64,000 bases of DNA from Planctomycetota bacterium (GCA_043775355.1 JAYVSL010000034.1:2749-66748); one strand, 5' to 3'; shown: positions 45,321-55,846, counted from the stretch's first letter. Notes: generated from the letters alone by a model not told the origin. Numbers and translations: made by a program.

Positions 45321-45878
45321 TTGGCTGCGACGAAGGCGAACGATCCGGAATTTAAGCGCCGCAAGGTAATCACAGCCGCCGTTGCGCTGCTTCACTGGCT
45401 CTTCACCATCGCGCGCCATGCTGGACGTGAGACCGACGATATGACACCCAACCCGTATATGCCTTCGACCACTTCTGAAGTGGTTGCCGCCGGGTTGATT
45501 CTGCGACGGGATTTTCCAAAAGGTTTCCGCTGGTTGTTACTGCGGGCGACGAAACATGGCGAATGGGGATTTCCTAAAGGCCATCAAGATGCTGGTGAAA
45601 GTGCGATACAAACCGCGCTGCGTGAATGCGCCGAAGAATGTGGTATCGCTTTGTTGGCGATTGAGGGCAAGCCTTTGGAGGCGACGTATCGTCTGCCGAA
45701 TGGTCGCTCCAAATCGGTGATTTATTATCCCGCTGTGACCGAACAGACGACGGTCGAATTATCGTCTGAGCATAGCGAATGCGCGTGGTTGAATGCGCGA
45801 GAGGTCATTGATTGCTTGCCACACGCTAATCTGGTCCTGCTTTTTCGCGCGTATTTGCACGCACTTGATAAAGGTTGA
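45321..45878 (+). CDS. NUDIX hydrolase.
   Basis: GFPKGHQDAGESAIQTALRECAEECGI is the Nudix box GX5EX7REUXEEXGU. Confidence 0.65.
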   Translation: MAATKANDPEFKRRKVITAAVALLHWLFTIARHAGRETDDMTPNPYMPSTTSEVVAAGLILRRDFPKGFRWLLLRATKHGEWGFPKGHQDAGESAIQTALRECAEECGIALLAIEGKPLEATYRLPNGRSKSVIYYPAVTEQTTVELSSEHSECAWLNAREVIDCLPHANLVLLFRAYLHALDKG

Positions 45879-45884
45879 AACGAT

Positions 45885-46730
45885 ATGGTCAGTCTGCTGT
45901 TTTACGAATCCGCTCAGGATTTTCCGGCCACCTCATTTGACGACATTGCGGGTGCGCTAGTCGGTCAGCCTGGGGTCGAACTTTCAGGAAATGACACCTA
46001 TCTTTCTGGTCGTTGGCACGACACGGAAACCGGCGCCACGTGCCAAATCGATGTTGGGCATCCACCGATTGAGCAAGACCACATGCATCCGCCAAGGGCC
46101 TACGATGGTTGGCGCGAAGTCGGATTATCGGTGAATATTCCGCTCGCTGGGCCGCATTGGTTGTGCGTCGAAGCGCTGCAGTGGATTGAGCATTTACTCC
46201 GCCGTCTGCCGACGCTGCGCACGCTCGACACCGAAGACACGCGCCAAGATCAGGGCGAGGGCCCTGGCGGTTGGAGTCGCCCACGTGCGTTGGCCAACTG
46301 GGAAAAGTTGCACCACGTTCAGCATGAAGGCCGCACCGATCTGTGGCGCATGGCCCGTCTGTCGAGCGTGTGTTTGTGGCGATACCGCCGCGAGCGAGCG
46401 ATGGGACGATCGGCGATCACCGATCTGACCTGGCCCGATGCCTTGGTGTTGCTCGATCAAGACGCACGTTGCGCTCGAAGCGCGGTGCTGTGGCGCGATC
46501 CGACGCTGCCCATGGCCTTGCCCCCGGTTGAGCTGGTGGTGATTCCGCGCGGCAACGGCAGTGGCGTGATTGAGGCCGGACTGTTGTCGGCGCTGGGTGG
46601 CGATCCGCTGCCTTTTGCGCAAGCCCAACGGTTGCTGCCGAATGAGAAAACCGCGCATTTATACGCTCAAACACCGCTGATTGCAGCGGCCCGCTACAAG
46701 GCGTTGGGAGACTTTGACTGGAGCGATTGA
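45885..46730 (+). CDS. Hypothetical protein.
   Basis: 281 aa. No motif recognised. Confidence 0.3.
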   Translation: MVSLLFYESAQDFPATSFDDIAGALVGQPGVELSGNDTYLSGRWHDTETGATCQIDVGHPPIEQDHMHPPRAYDGWREVGLSVNIPLAGPHWLCVEALQWIEHLLRRLPTLRTLDTEDTRQDQGEGPGGWSRPRALANWEKLHHVQHEGRTDLWRMARLSSVCLWRYRRERAMGRSAITDLTWPDALVLLDQDARCARSAVLWRDPTLPMALPPVELVVIPRGNGSGVIEAGLLSALGGDPLPFAQAQRLLPNEKTAHLYAQTPLIAAARYKALGDFDWSD

Positions 46731-46912
46731 AGCGGACGTGAGGCGCGAGCAGCGACGACGACGCAACTGAAACGTCCGTCAGCTCAAAAAACAATTCACG
46801 ATCGCGGGTCTTTTGCCGCATCTTTTCCCGATACCGCAAACCGCACACTGTCCGCTGAGCCTTCGGCGACAGGCTTGCAAGACCTCCGTATCGCTTCGAC
46901 AGTGCGCCCACA

Positions 46913-48340
46913 ATGACCGCGACCTTCGTCTGTCCGTACTGCTCCGCCTCGTATCCGCGCAAGCCCGTGTTGGTCGGCCGCGCCGTCCGTTGCACCACCT
47001 GTAAAAACGCTTTCCGTTTACGCGAAGACGGCATTGCTGATAAAATTGAAATGCCGGAAGCCACACCGGCGTCAGCGCCAGCGCAACCGCCAGCGCAACC
47101 GCCAGCAGCGCCAATTCAATCGCCAGCGCCGATCATCGCTTCCGTCCCTAAAGAATCGCGCGAGTCGGTCGCTCCAGCCGCGCTGTCGGCGCCACTGGCA
47201 CAGCCTGCGCCGCCCAAACCGAAACTGCCTTCGACTGGCTGGGGTTTGGATCTGGATGTCGATGTTGATCAACCGGCTCATGCCACAGGTCCTGCCGCAG
47301 CGAATGCTCCAACGCCACTGCCAATTCGGCAGCCGCCTGCGGCAATCAAATCACCCGCAGGCGGCACCTCGTCGGTGCGCAAGTCCGAGCGCATGACCAC
47401 GCAACAAATGGAAGCTCGCCGAGCGATGGCGGCCACGCTCGCGACCTCAATGTCGGAAGCATTAAAAAGCGAAGCGGTGAAACGCGAAGTGCAGGTCGAA
47501 AAAGCAAAAGTAAAAGCCGAAGGTCAAGTCGGAAAAATTGGTCCGGCGGTACTGACGAATCAAGGCGTCGAAGAAGCAAAAAGTCGTCGCACGCTGTGGC
47601 TTGGTTTGATCGGCGCACTTATCATTGGGTCAGGTTTATATTGGTTAATATTCACCAGTTCACCACAACGCGCTGCGCTTGAAGTCTATACTGCTGAAGT
47701 CGATTCGGCACGTGTCAGAGCCGGAAAACGCATATCGTCCATTCAAGAACGCGCTTGGTTGATCGGTTTGCCACCCGCAGACATCGGCGTGCCACCGATG
47801 GTCGACATGCGCGATGCACGCATTGGCGCAACCCGCACCATCACCTTAACCAAAGCAAAAGATCTTATCGTTTCCATCAAAGGACTGGTGCCGGTCGAAC
47901 CCGGCCCGGTTTGGGTTCCGCCAGATCGCCTTGCTGCGGTCGAAGACCTGCGCCGTCCGGAACAAAAAGAGTCCACCTTCATCGCTGCCGTGCTGAAAAA
48001 AGAAAAGAAAGCGGTCAGCCATCCCGCGCTATTGGAAGCACTGGTGAAAACCGGCATGAGCGAAGAAGACGCCCGTATCGTTGATCTATTTCTGCGTGGT
48101 CACACCGATGCGAACGGCGGCAACACGATCGCTAAGCGTTGGCTCGACGGCGACGTTCCTAACACCCTGCAAATCACGCGCTTTATCGGAACCCGTGGTT
48201 CACTGCTCTTAGCTCGCGGAGCAACCTTCAAGACACAAGATGTTGAATACGAAGGCCGCATCGCACGTTTCGTCAGTCCGGGTTGGCCGTCAGAATGGAA
48301 AGTGCTGACTATCGATACGAAGCTGAAGCCAAGGTTCTAA
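46913..48340 (+). CDS. Zinc-ribbon (MJ0042-type) membrane protein with a Pro/Ala-rich linker.
   Basis: N-terminal CPYC...CTTC zinc ribbon. Low-complexity PAQPPAQPPAAP stretch. One TM. C-terminal globular domain. Confidence 0.4.
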   Translation: MTATFVCPYCSASYPRKPVLVGRAVRCTTCKNAFRLREDGIADKIEMPEATPASAPAQPPAQPPAAPIQSPAPIIASVPKESRESVAPAALSAPLAQPAPPKPKLPSTGWGLDLDVDVDQPAHATGPAAANAPTPLPIRQPPAAIKSPAGGTSSVRKSERMTTQQMEARRAMAATLATSMSEALKSEAVKREVQVEKAKVKAEGQVGKIGPAVLTNQGVEEAKSRRTLWLGLIGALIIGSGLYWLIFTSSPQRAALEVYTAEVDSARVRAGKRISSIQERAWLIGLPPADIGVPPMVDMRDARIGATRTITLTKAKDLIVSIKGLVPVEPGPVWVPPDRLAAVEDLRRPEQKESTFIAAVLKKEKKAVSHPALLEALVKTGMSEEDARIVDLFLRGHTDANGGNTIAKRWLDGDVPNTLQITRFIGTRGSLLLARGATFKTQDVEYEGRIARFVSPGWPSEWKVLTIDTKLKPRF

Positions 48341-48569
48341 AGCTCCTATTTTCACGAAGTACGCCCTTTGCGGTAAAATGGTTTTAACTGCGTTTTCAAG
48401 GATTATACCGCTAAGCCGCAAAGAACGCTCAGGACTTCAATCAAAAAAAATCGGTTTGGTGTAACCCTTTATTTTAAATGAATCCGAATTCTTTGCTTTT
48501 CCTTTGCGTCTTCGCGTCTGTGTTGTGGAAGTTTGCCACCCTACTCAACGCCGTTTCCTTTAGCCTGCG

Positions 48570-48757
48570 AGAGGGCCAACGGCCCGCTTTACGATAGCCC
48601 AGGGCAACGCCCTGGGACCGATCGCCATCCACAGATAAGCCCTGTAAGGGCGGCCCAATCGCCTCATTTTGGCCGCCCCTTCAGGGCTCAAGACTTCACT
48701 CGCCACCGAGACCCAGGGCGTTGCCCTGGGCTGGTATGGACCGGGCCGTTGGCCCTC
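48570..48757. repeat. ~190-bp long imperfect palindrome. Each arm carries a perfect cccagggCAACGccctggg-type hairpin.
   Basis: gagagggccaacggcccg...agcccagggcaacgccctggg on the left is matched by cccagggcgttgccctgggct...cgggccgttggccctctc on the right. Sits in a convergent intergenic region just downstream of htpG. Confidence 0.6.
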
Positions 48758-48791
48758 TCGATTTTGCAAAAGAAAAGGCGTTGACCCTGCT

Positions 48792-50738
48792 TTAGCCTTT
48801 TGCCGCCTGCACCATGGGGCCAGCGACTGCGGTTGCCAAAAGTTCTTGTACGCGTTTGGCAAAACCAGCGGCGTCGTCGAGTTTGGTTCCTTCCGCTAAG
48901 ATCGCCTGATCACGCAGCACGGCGATGTAACCACCAAGCTTGGCGTTGCTCGCGTCGGCGTGGTGCAGCGCTTGCAATCGTTCGACCAGCGGATGACTGG
49001 CGTTGAGTTCTAACGCGCGTTTGCGCGATGGGACGGCTTGGCCCATGCGTCGCATCATTTCTTCCATCTGCGCTGGCATGCCGCTATCTTCTTCGACCAA
49101 ACAGCACGGACTATCGGTCAAACGGCTGGTAAGACGCACGTCGCCAACGCCTTCACCAAGCGCGGTTTTGCAGAAGCCGATAAATCCTTCGTAGGATTTC
49201 GATTTTTCCGCGAGCGCTTTCTTGTCGTCTTCGCTGGCCAAATCGGCAGCGCCATTGGCGACATTTACCAACGGACGCTTGTCGAACTCAGTCAAATGCG
49301 ACACCACCCATTCATCAACTGGTTCGGCGAAGAACAACACTTCCCAGCCTTTTTTGACAAACGCTTCCAAGTGCGGACTGGACTTTGCTGCTTCCAACGA
49401 ACTGGCGTGCGAGAAGTAAATTTTCTCTTGGCCAGCAGGCATGCGCCGAACGTAGTCTTCAAGACCAGTAATGTCCGTCCGCGTTTCACCTTCGGCTGGC
49501 TTGCCCGTGGTCCAGGTCGAACGATAGCGCGCCAAGCGTGCCAAACGATCTTTGTTGTCTTGGTCGATGACTAATCCTTCGCGCAGCACTTGGCCGAAGG
49601 TGGTGTCGATCGCGGTGAAAGCCGCCTTTTCTTTGTCGTCATTCGATGAGGCTAACTTCAACAAGTGATCCAGAATCTTTTTCACCAGCTGCTTGCGCAG
49701 TTTGGTAACGGTATCTTGCTGCTGTAAAATTTCTCGACTGACGTTCAGCGGCAGGTCATCGCTATCAACGATACCACGGACAAAACGCAGGTATTCTGGC
49801 AGCAGATCTTTGCAGTCGTCCATCACGAAGACGCGACGAACATACAAATGCAAACCTTTGCGATCGCGGTCAAAAAGATCCATCGGGCGTTGGCCCGGCA
49901 CAAACAACAACGCGGTGAAGGACATCGTGCCTTCAACCGTGAAGTGCAAACGCGTGGCTGGTTCATCCCACATGCGACACGCGGACTTATAGAACGCGTT
50001 GTACTGCTCGTCAGTGATGTCGTCTTTCGGGCGCGTCCACAGCGGCTGACCGGCATTGACTTGCTCTTGCTCGGCTTTCACGCCTTTTTTCTGGTCTTCT
50101 TCGCTGACATACTTGGGCAACTTGATCGGATACGTCACATAGTCGCTGTACTTCTTGATCAATTCGCGCAGACGCCAGTTCTCAGCAAAATCTTTCGCGT
50201 CGTCTTTTAAATGCAGGGTGACGCTGGTGCCACGTTGAGCGCGCGAAATGGTTTCCGTGCTGAAGTTGCCATCGCCTGCGCTTTCCCAGCGCACGCCGGC
50301 GTCACTCGACGCTGAAGCAGAACGACTTTCCACCACCACTTTGTCAGCGACCATGAAAGAGGCGTAGAAACCAACGCCAAACTGGCCAATCAAATTCGAA
50401 TCCTTCGCCTGATCATTGCCGAGTTTTTGCAGGAAGGCTTTGGTGCCGGACTTGGCAATCGTTCCCAAGTGCTCGATGGCCTCAGCTTCGGTCAGGCCGA
50501 CGCCGTTGTCGCTGATGGTCAGGGTTTTGGCTTCCGCATCAGCGGTGATTTCTACGCGCAGATCGCTGTCACCAGCCGATAACTCTGGCTTGGTCAGTGA
50601 GAGAAAGCGCAGCTTATCGCACGCATCCGAAGCGTTCGAAATCAGCTCACGCAGAAAGATGTCCCGCTCCGAATAGAGGCTGTGGATCATCAATTGCAGA
50701 AGTTGGGTGACTTCGGTTTGGAAGACGTGCTGAGTCAT
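48792..50738 (-). CDS. htpG: Molecular chaperone HtpG (Hsp90).
   Basis: MTQHVFQTEVTQLLQLMIHSLYSERDIFLRELISNASDA N-terminal ATPase signature. 648 aa. Confidence 0.85.
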   Translation of the reverse strand: MTQHVFQTEVTQLLQLMIHSLYSERDIFLRELISNASDACDKLRFLSLTKPELSAGDSDLRVEITADAEAKTLTISDNGVGLTEAEAIEHLGTIAKSGTKAFLQKLGNDQAKDSNLIGQFGVGFYASFMVADKVVVESRSASASSDAGVRWESAGDGNFSTETISRAQRGTSVTLHLKDDAKDFAENWRLRELIKKYSDYVTYPIKLPKYVSEEDQKKGVKAEQEQVNAGQPLWTRPKDDITDEQYNAFYKSACRMWDEPATRLHFTVEGTMSFTALLFVPGQRPMDLFDRDRKGLHLYVRRVFVMDDCKDLLPEYLRFVRGIVDSDDLPLNVSREILQQQDTVTKLRKQLVKKILDHLLKLASSNDDKEKAAFTAIDTTFGQVLREGLVIDQDNKDRLARLARYRSTWTTGKPAEGETRTDITGLEDYVRRMPAGQEKIYFSHASSLEAAKSSPHLEAFVKKGWEVLFFAEPVDEWVVSHLTEFDKRPLVNVANGAADLASEDDKKALAEKSKSYEGFIGFCKTALGEGVGDVRLTSRLTDSPCCLVEEDSGMPAQMEEMMRRMGQAVPSRKRALELNASHPLVERLQALHHADASNAKLGGYIAVLRDQAILAEGTKLDDAAGFAKRVQELLATAVAGPMVQAAKG

Positions 50739-50978
50739 GAGTGGTCTCGCTTTGGTCAGTTTGGCTGGTTAGGACGGCACTAGTGCAACTGGGATGCCAG
50801 AGCTGTCAGCCCGGATTGGGTCAGGAAGACCCGAATTATGAGCTGTTTGGCAAACCAACGACGCGACCAGGAGCGCTCGATCCCCATAAAAAGGGACCGC
50901 CGACTTCTCACGGTCCTCTCATAATGCGTTGATAGAAAGGCCATGGTGTGACCAACCAACCACGAAAGGATCCTACTC

Positions 50979-51320
50979 ATGCAGATATCCCACCTCGCCT
51001 TCATCGGCTGCCTTGCCCTCTCGCCCGCGCTCTGGTGCGAAGACGAAGGCAAAGCGATCACCCTCGACCAATTGCCCGCTGCGGTCAAAGAGGCGGTCAT
51101 CAAACAAGTCGCCAATGCCAAGATCAAAGAAATCGAAGAAGAGACCAAGGACGGCAAAACCGTTTATGAAGTCACTTTTGGCGACACCGAGGTCACTTTT
51201 GATGCGGCTGGCAAAGTGCTGAAATCTAAAGTTGAGAAAGAGGATGACGAGGACGACGATCAAGATGAAGATAAAGACGAGAAGAAAGAACATGGCCATA
51301 AGGACCATAAAGGAAAGTAA
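50979..51320 (+). CDS. PepSY-like secreted protein with an acidic, His-rich tail.
   Basis: Signal peptide. ...GKTVYEVTFGDTEVTFDAAGKVL is a PepSY-like beta hairpin. C-terminal EDDEDDDQDEDKDEKKEHGHKDHKGK. Confidence 0.4.
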   Translation: MQISHLAFIGCLALSPALWCEDEGKAITLDQLPAAVKEAVIKQVANAKIKEIEEETKDGKTVYEVTFGDTEVTFDAAGKVLKSKVEKEDDEDDDQDEDKDEKKEHGHKDHKGK

Positions 51321-51392
51321 TGTGACCATCGCTGACGACCGTCCGTTACACGTGTATGAACGACACGGACGGTCGCCTGCATCTGACAAACC

Positions 51393-52073
51393 ATGCGCAT
51401 ATTGTTGATCGAAGATTATCTTCCCTTGCGTCGCAGTCTGGAACAAGGCTTGCGCGAGGCGGGATTTGCGGTGGATGCCAGTGGCGACGGCGAGGAAGGC
51501 TTATGGTACGCCACGACGAACCCATATGACGCTATTATTCTTGATCTCATGTTACCCAAAATCGATGGGCTGATGCTACTCAAACGCCTTCGTGCGGGCG
51601 GTAATCTGACGCAAGTGTTAATTTTAACCGCACGTGACAGCGTGGAAGACCGCGTCCACGGCTTAGATGTGGGAGCGGATGATTATCTAGTTAAACCATT
51701 TGCCCTCGCCGAACTCTTTGCGCGTTTGCGCGTTTTAGTCCGGCGTGGATATACACGCAGCGAAACCGTTCTGCACATCGGCCCACTCTCTATCAACACC
51801 GCTGCGCGTCGAGTCACCATCGGTGACAACGTCATAACGCTGACCGCCCGCGAATATACACTCCTGGAACTCCTCGCTCGCCGCACCGGTGAATTGGTAA
51901 CGCGCAATGACATCGTCGAACATTGTTACGATTTCGCTGCTGAATCCGCCAGTAACGTCATCGATGTCTATATCGGTTATTTGCGCAAGAAGCTTGAAGC
52001 TGCGGGACAACCGCGCCTTATTCATACGCGACGTGGGCAAGGCTATCTCTTGGCTTCTGAGCCAGAGCCATGA
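51393..52073 (+). CDS. OmpR-family response regulator.
   Basis: MRILLIEDYLPLRRSL...ILDLMLPKIDG receiver domain plus winged-helix C-terminus. Confidence 0.8.
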   Translation: MRILLIEDYLPLRRSLEQGLREAGFAVDASGDGEEGLWYATTNPYDAIILDLMLPKIDGLMLLKRLRAGGNLTQVLILTARDSVEDRVHGLDVGADDYLVKPFALAELFARLRVLVRRGYTRSETVLHIGPLSINTAARRVTIGDNVITLTAREYTLLELLARRTGELVTRNDIVEHCYDFAAESASNVIDVYIGYLRKKLEAAGQPRLIHTRRGQGYLLASEPEP

Positions 52074-53482
52074 TGCGATCACTGCGATCTCAATTACTGG
52101 TCGGAGCCAGCCTCGCTGCCTGCATGGTTTTATTGGGGTCGTCGTTACTCACCTGGACGCTGATCTCTTCTGCACTAAATGATGAATTTGATGTCACCGT
52201 GTTGGCGCAATCTCGTGCCGTAGCGGGATTGGCGACCCGCGACGGCAAACGCTTACGCATCGTATATGATGCACAATTACTCCCTGAATATAGCCGTTTA
52301 GAAAAACCAGATGCTTTCTGTTTCCGCGATCGACATGGTGCCGTCATTCTGCGCTCGCCGGGACTGATGGGAGAAGATTTACCCCAAGGAATTGGCACTC
52401 GGCAAAATCCCATGTTGGTAGACATTCGTCTCCCCGATGGACGACCGGCACGTGCCGCCATATTTTCGTTCACTCCACGACCAGCAGATGAAGACATCGT
52501 CACTCCTGCTGAAGGCCATGCACTTATGGTCGCCGTCGCACGGGACACCGTTGAACGCGATCATCGTCTCACGGTTTTAGGATGGATCCTTTTCACCACG
52601 ATGCTGCTCGGAACGTTGGCGGCATTTATCATTATGTGGTGGCTCTCCGGGCGTTTACTGCGGCCTGTGCAGGCACTGGCTAGCCGCATTGGCGAGATCA
52701 GGCCTCAACAATTATCCGAGCGGTTCTGCGATCTCCAGGTGCCACGCGAATTGACGCCAGTCATCGCTCGACTGAATGATTTGCTCGCGCGCTTGGAAGA
52801 AGCCTTCGCACGTGAACGTGCTTTCACCGCTGACGCTGCACATGAACTCAGAACACCATTAGCCGGTCTACGCACCGCTCTTGAAGTGGCGGTGTCGCGC
52901 GATCGTTCCGCCACGGAATATCGCAATGTGCTGATGGATGGTCTGGAAATAAGCGGCCATCTCCAAGTACTGATCGACAATCTGCTTGCCATGGCACGCG
53001 TCGAAGCCGGTCACGTACGCGTCGAACGTGAACCGACTGATATTGCGGCGTTCATTCGGAATGTTTGGGGAAATCACGCCAAGGCGGCTCACGAGCGCCA
53101 ACTACATAACGAATTTTCTGATGAAAAAACTGGCGTCGTTGCCATTGATCGCGCAAAACTTCGCTTAGTGCTGACAAATGTATTCGACAATGCCGTATCC
53201 TACACGGATGTCGGCGGCGATCTCAGTATAGCTACCCGAATTTTCGGCCAACGACTGAGCATCTTCATCAGCAATAGCGGTTGCACGTTATCCAGCGACG
53301 CCAGCGCCAAGGTGTTTGATCGTTTTTGGCGCGGCGATTCTGCACATAGCGCTGTTGGAACTCATTGTGGTTTAGGCTTGGCCCTGTGCCGCTCATTGAT
53401 GTCGCTCCAAGAAGGATCCATCAGCGCTACGATTCATGACGAGCGCTTCACCATTACGATCGATCTGCCTATTCACGGATAA
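52070..53482 (+). CDS. Sensor histidine kinase.
   Basis: Two TM segments. DAAHELRTPLAGL H-box. C-terminal HATPase region. Confidence 0.75.
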   Translation: MMRSLRSQLLVGASLAACMVLLGSSLLTWTLISSALNDEFDVTVLAQSRAVAGLATRDGKRLRIVYDAQLLPEYSRLEKPDAFCFRDRHGAVILRSPGLMGEDLPQGIGTRQNPMLVDIRLPDGRPARAAIFSFTPRPADEDIVTPAEGHALMVAVARDTVERDHRLTVLGWILFTTMLLGTLAAFIIMWWLSGRLLRPVQALASRIGEIRPQQLSERFCDLQVPRELTPVIARLNDLLARLEEAFARERAFTADAAHELRTPLAGLRTALEVAVSRDRSATEYRNVLMDGLEISGHLQVLIDNLLAMARVEAGHVRVEREPTDIAAFIRNVWGNHAKAAHERQLHNEFSDEKTGVVAIDRAKLRLVLTNVFDNAVSYTDVGGDLSIATRIFGQRLSIFISNSGCTLSSDASAKVFDRFWRGDSAHSAVGTHCGLGLALCRSLMSLQEGSISATIHDERFTITIDLPIHG

Positions 53483-53512
53483 AACGCCGCTTGGTCTGCT
53501 ACGCAAAAGACC

Positions 53513-54319
53513 ATGCTGCGCGCCATGCTGCCTGCGCTCATCGACACTCACTGCCATCTCACGCATCCGCGTTTCAGCGCCGACGTCGATGCGGTTATTA
53601 CACGGGCAAAGGAAGCCGGACTGACGCGGGTCATCACCATCGGCACCAGCATCATTGACGCCGAACACGGCTTAACGATCGCCGCGCGCCATCCTGGCTA
53701 CGTCTTCTGTGCTGCCGGTCTTGATCCTTTTTCCTGTCATGCGGCGGGCGAACATTTCACCCAAGAACTGACGAAGCTTGAGCTCTTGCTCGCGACTAAA
53801 AAGTTCTGCGGCCTCGGTGAGATCGGTTTGGAATATCATCACCAGCTAGCGCCTCACGAGGTGCAAATTCGCCAGTTTGAAATTCAGCTCGACCTCGCCG
53901 TACGTCACGATCTGCCCATCATCATTCACTCACGGGATGCACATCCAGATGTGTTGACCGTGCTTCGGCGTAACCCGAAAAATCGAGGCGTTATTCACAG
54001 CTTTACTGGTACCGCTGACGATGCGCGCGCATTCCTTGACCTGGGATGGCACCTGAGTTTTAACGGCATGGTGACGTTCAAAACTAACGACGCTCTACGT
54101 GCCGCTGCAGCCATCGTGCCCAACGATCGTTTGTTGGTCGAAACCGATGCGCCGTATTTGGCTCCGGCACCGCATCGCGGAAAACGGTGTGAGCCTGGAA
54201 TGGTGACGCATTCCCTGCAATTAATCGCGGAAATACGTGGTCAACGAGTGGAAGACGTCGCTGCTTGGACTACGCGCAATGCAAATTTACTCTTCCGCCT
54301 GCCATCTTCGTTGAGCTGA
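53513..54319 (+). CDS. tatD: TatD-family metal-dependent hydrolase.
   Basis: LIDTHCHLTHPRF....EIGLEYHH...IIHSRDA TatD motifs. Confidence 0.75.
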   Translation: MLRAMLPALIDTHCHLTHPRFSADVDAVITRAKEAGLTRVITIGTSIIDAEHGLTIAARHPGYVFCAAGLDPFSCHAAGEHFTQELTKLELLLATKKFCGLGEIGLEYHHQLAPHEVQIRQFEIQLDLAVRHDLPIIIHSRDAHPDVLTVLRRNPKNRGVIHSFTGTADDARAFLDLGWHLSFNGMVTFKTNDALRAAAAIVPNDRLLVETDAPYLAPAPHRGKRCEPGMVTHSLQLIAEIRGQRVEDVAAWTTRNANLLFRLPSSLS

Positions 54320-54326
54320 CGCTGCC

Positions 54327-54842
54327 TCACGCTGGAGGAGCGCCTTCCCCAGCGTGGGGCACTACTGGTCGACGGTTTTTCCCAGATTCAAGGCGCACGG
54401 TTTCAATAGCGCTTTCGCTATCGTCATTACGCCGCAGCGAAACATTGGCGCTGAGTACTTTGAGATTACGCAGCAACGCTTCCATGCGAGAAATGCTCAG
54501 CGGCTTCACCAAGTAGCCGTCACACTGATTATGAAAGGATTGACGTACTGTATCGTAGTCGCCCATGGCGGTGGTCATGACAATTTTAGAGCCCCAACCA
54601 TCTTGCAAGCCAGCTCGCCGTTCGAGTGTTCGGATGGCAGTTAGTGCCTGTTTGCCATCCATGACTGGCATCATGATGTCGAGAAAAATAACATCGTAGA
54701 GATCGCCATTGCCGAATGATTTGGTAACCAACTCGATGGCCTCTTTGCCCGTCAATGCGATGTCGCAATGACTGATTCTTTCCATCACTTTAATGATGAA
54801 CTTGCGGCAGGTTTCATCATCATCGACTATCAAACAGCGCAT
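54327..54842 (-). CDS. Stand-alone response regulator receiver (CheY-like) with a C-terminal extension.
   Basis: MRCLIVDDDETCRKF...VIFLDIMMPVMDG...YLVKP. Confidence 0.65.
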   Translation of the reverse strand: MRCLIVDDDETCRKFIIKVMERISHCDIALTGKEAIELVTKSFGNGDLYDVIFLDIMMPVMDGKQALTAIRTLERRAGLQDGWGSKIVMTTAMGDYDTVRQSFHNQCDGYLVKPLSISRMEALLRNLKVLSANVSLRRNDDSESAIETVRLESGKNRRPVVPHAGEGAPPA

Positions 54843-55000
54843 GCAGAGTTTCCTCTTCGTTTAGAACTTGTCCGACGCTCAGACGTTCGTGTCCGAAAGC
54901 GCGGACAATCAGGTCATACTTACACTGAATTCCGCACATCGTCCACTGTCACCTTATAGAAATGTCCGGCTACTCTCACGGCCAAGGTAAACCCTTGTGA

Positions 55001-55846
55001 TTAGTAGCTTTCCGCCTCTGTTGGGAATTTCTTACCCTTCACATCGTGGTGATAATGCGTGAAGGCTTTGACCATTTCTTCCGACAACTTGGCGTATTTG
55101 CGCACGAAGCGTGGGTGAAACTGGGTGTTCATCCCCAGCATGTCTGGCGTGACCAGAATTTGGCCATCGCAATTGCCACCCGCGCCGATGCCGATGGTGG
55201 GGATTTTTAACATCTCGGTGATGCGCCGCGCCAGATCCATCGGCACTTTTTCAATCACCACCGCAAACGCGCCGGCAGACTCAAAAGCACGAGCCGCATC
55301 AATGATTTTTTCGGCTTCTAGTTCGTCCATCCCGCGCGTTTTGTAAGTTCCATAGGTGTGAATCGATTGCGGTTGCAGACCAACGTGACCCATCACCGGG
55401 ATTCCTGCGTCAACCACGCGTTCGACAATCGGCGCGAGCGAGCGACCGCCCTCCATCTTTACGGCTTCGGCCATGCCATCTTGCATCAAGCGTGCGGCGT
55501 TACCGAGCGCTTCCTCTGCGCTTTTGCGATAGGACATGAACGGCATATCCGCCACCACCAATGCACGTTTCACCGCGCGAGTGACGACGCGCACATGGTA
55601 CAACATTTCATCCATCTTCATCGGCACCGTGGTATCGTTACCGGCGAAAACCATGCTCGCCGAATCGCCAACTAAGATGACATCAATGCCCGCTTGATCG
55701 AGCAACCGCGCGGTAAGGAAATCATAAGCCGTCAGCGCGGAGATTTTCTCCTTCGCGACTTTCATTTCTTGCAGACGTAACGTGGTGACCTTGCGATCAG
55801 GTTTGGGCGGTTGAGCTTGGCGTGTCATGGGCGCGGATGCTAACAA
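55001..55846 (-). CDS. panB: 3-methyl-2-oxobutanoate hydroxymethyltransferase.
   Basis: LTAYDFLTARLLDQAGIDVILVGDSASMV and GHVGLQPQS motifs. Confidence 0.8.
   Translation of the reverse strand: MLASAPMTRQAQPPKPDRKVTTLRLQEMKVAKEKISALTAYDFLTARLLDQAGIDVILVGDSASMVFAGNDTTVPMKMDEMLYHVRVVTRAVKRALVVADMPFMSYRKSAEEALGNAARLMQDGMAEAVKMEGGRSLAPIVERVVDAGIPVMGHVGLQPQSIHTYGTYKTRGMDELEAEKIIDAARAFESAGAFAVVIEKVPMDLARRITEMLKIPTIGIGAGGNCDGQILVTPDMLGMNTQFHPRFVRKYAKLSEEMVKAFTHYHHDVKGKKFPTEAESY

Noticed and set aside
44925-45419. ORFs 44925..45305 (+) and 45174..45419 (-) across the exonuclease-NUDIX intergenic region.
   Set aside because: They traverse the nested-hairpin element. Their reading frames are dictated by palindromic symmetry and they have implausible composition.
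50741-50978. Possible sigma-32 heat-shock promoter for htpG (CCCCATAA seen at ~50883).
   Set aside because: The CCCCAT-like element is on the plus strand, so it is not oriented to drive minus-strand htpG. No convincing CTTGAAA -35 partner was found, so it is not called.
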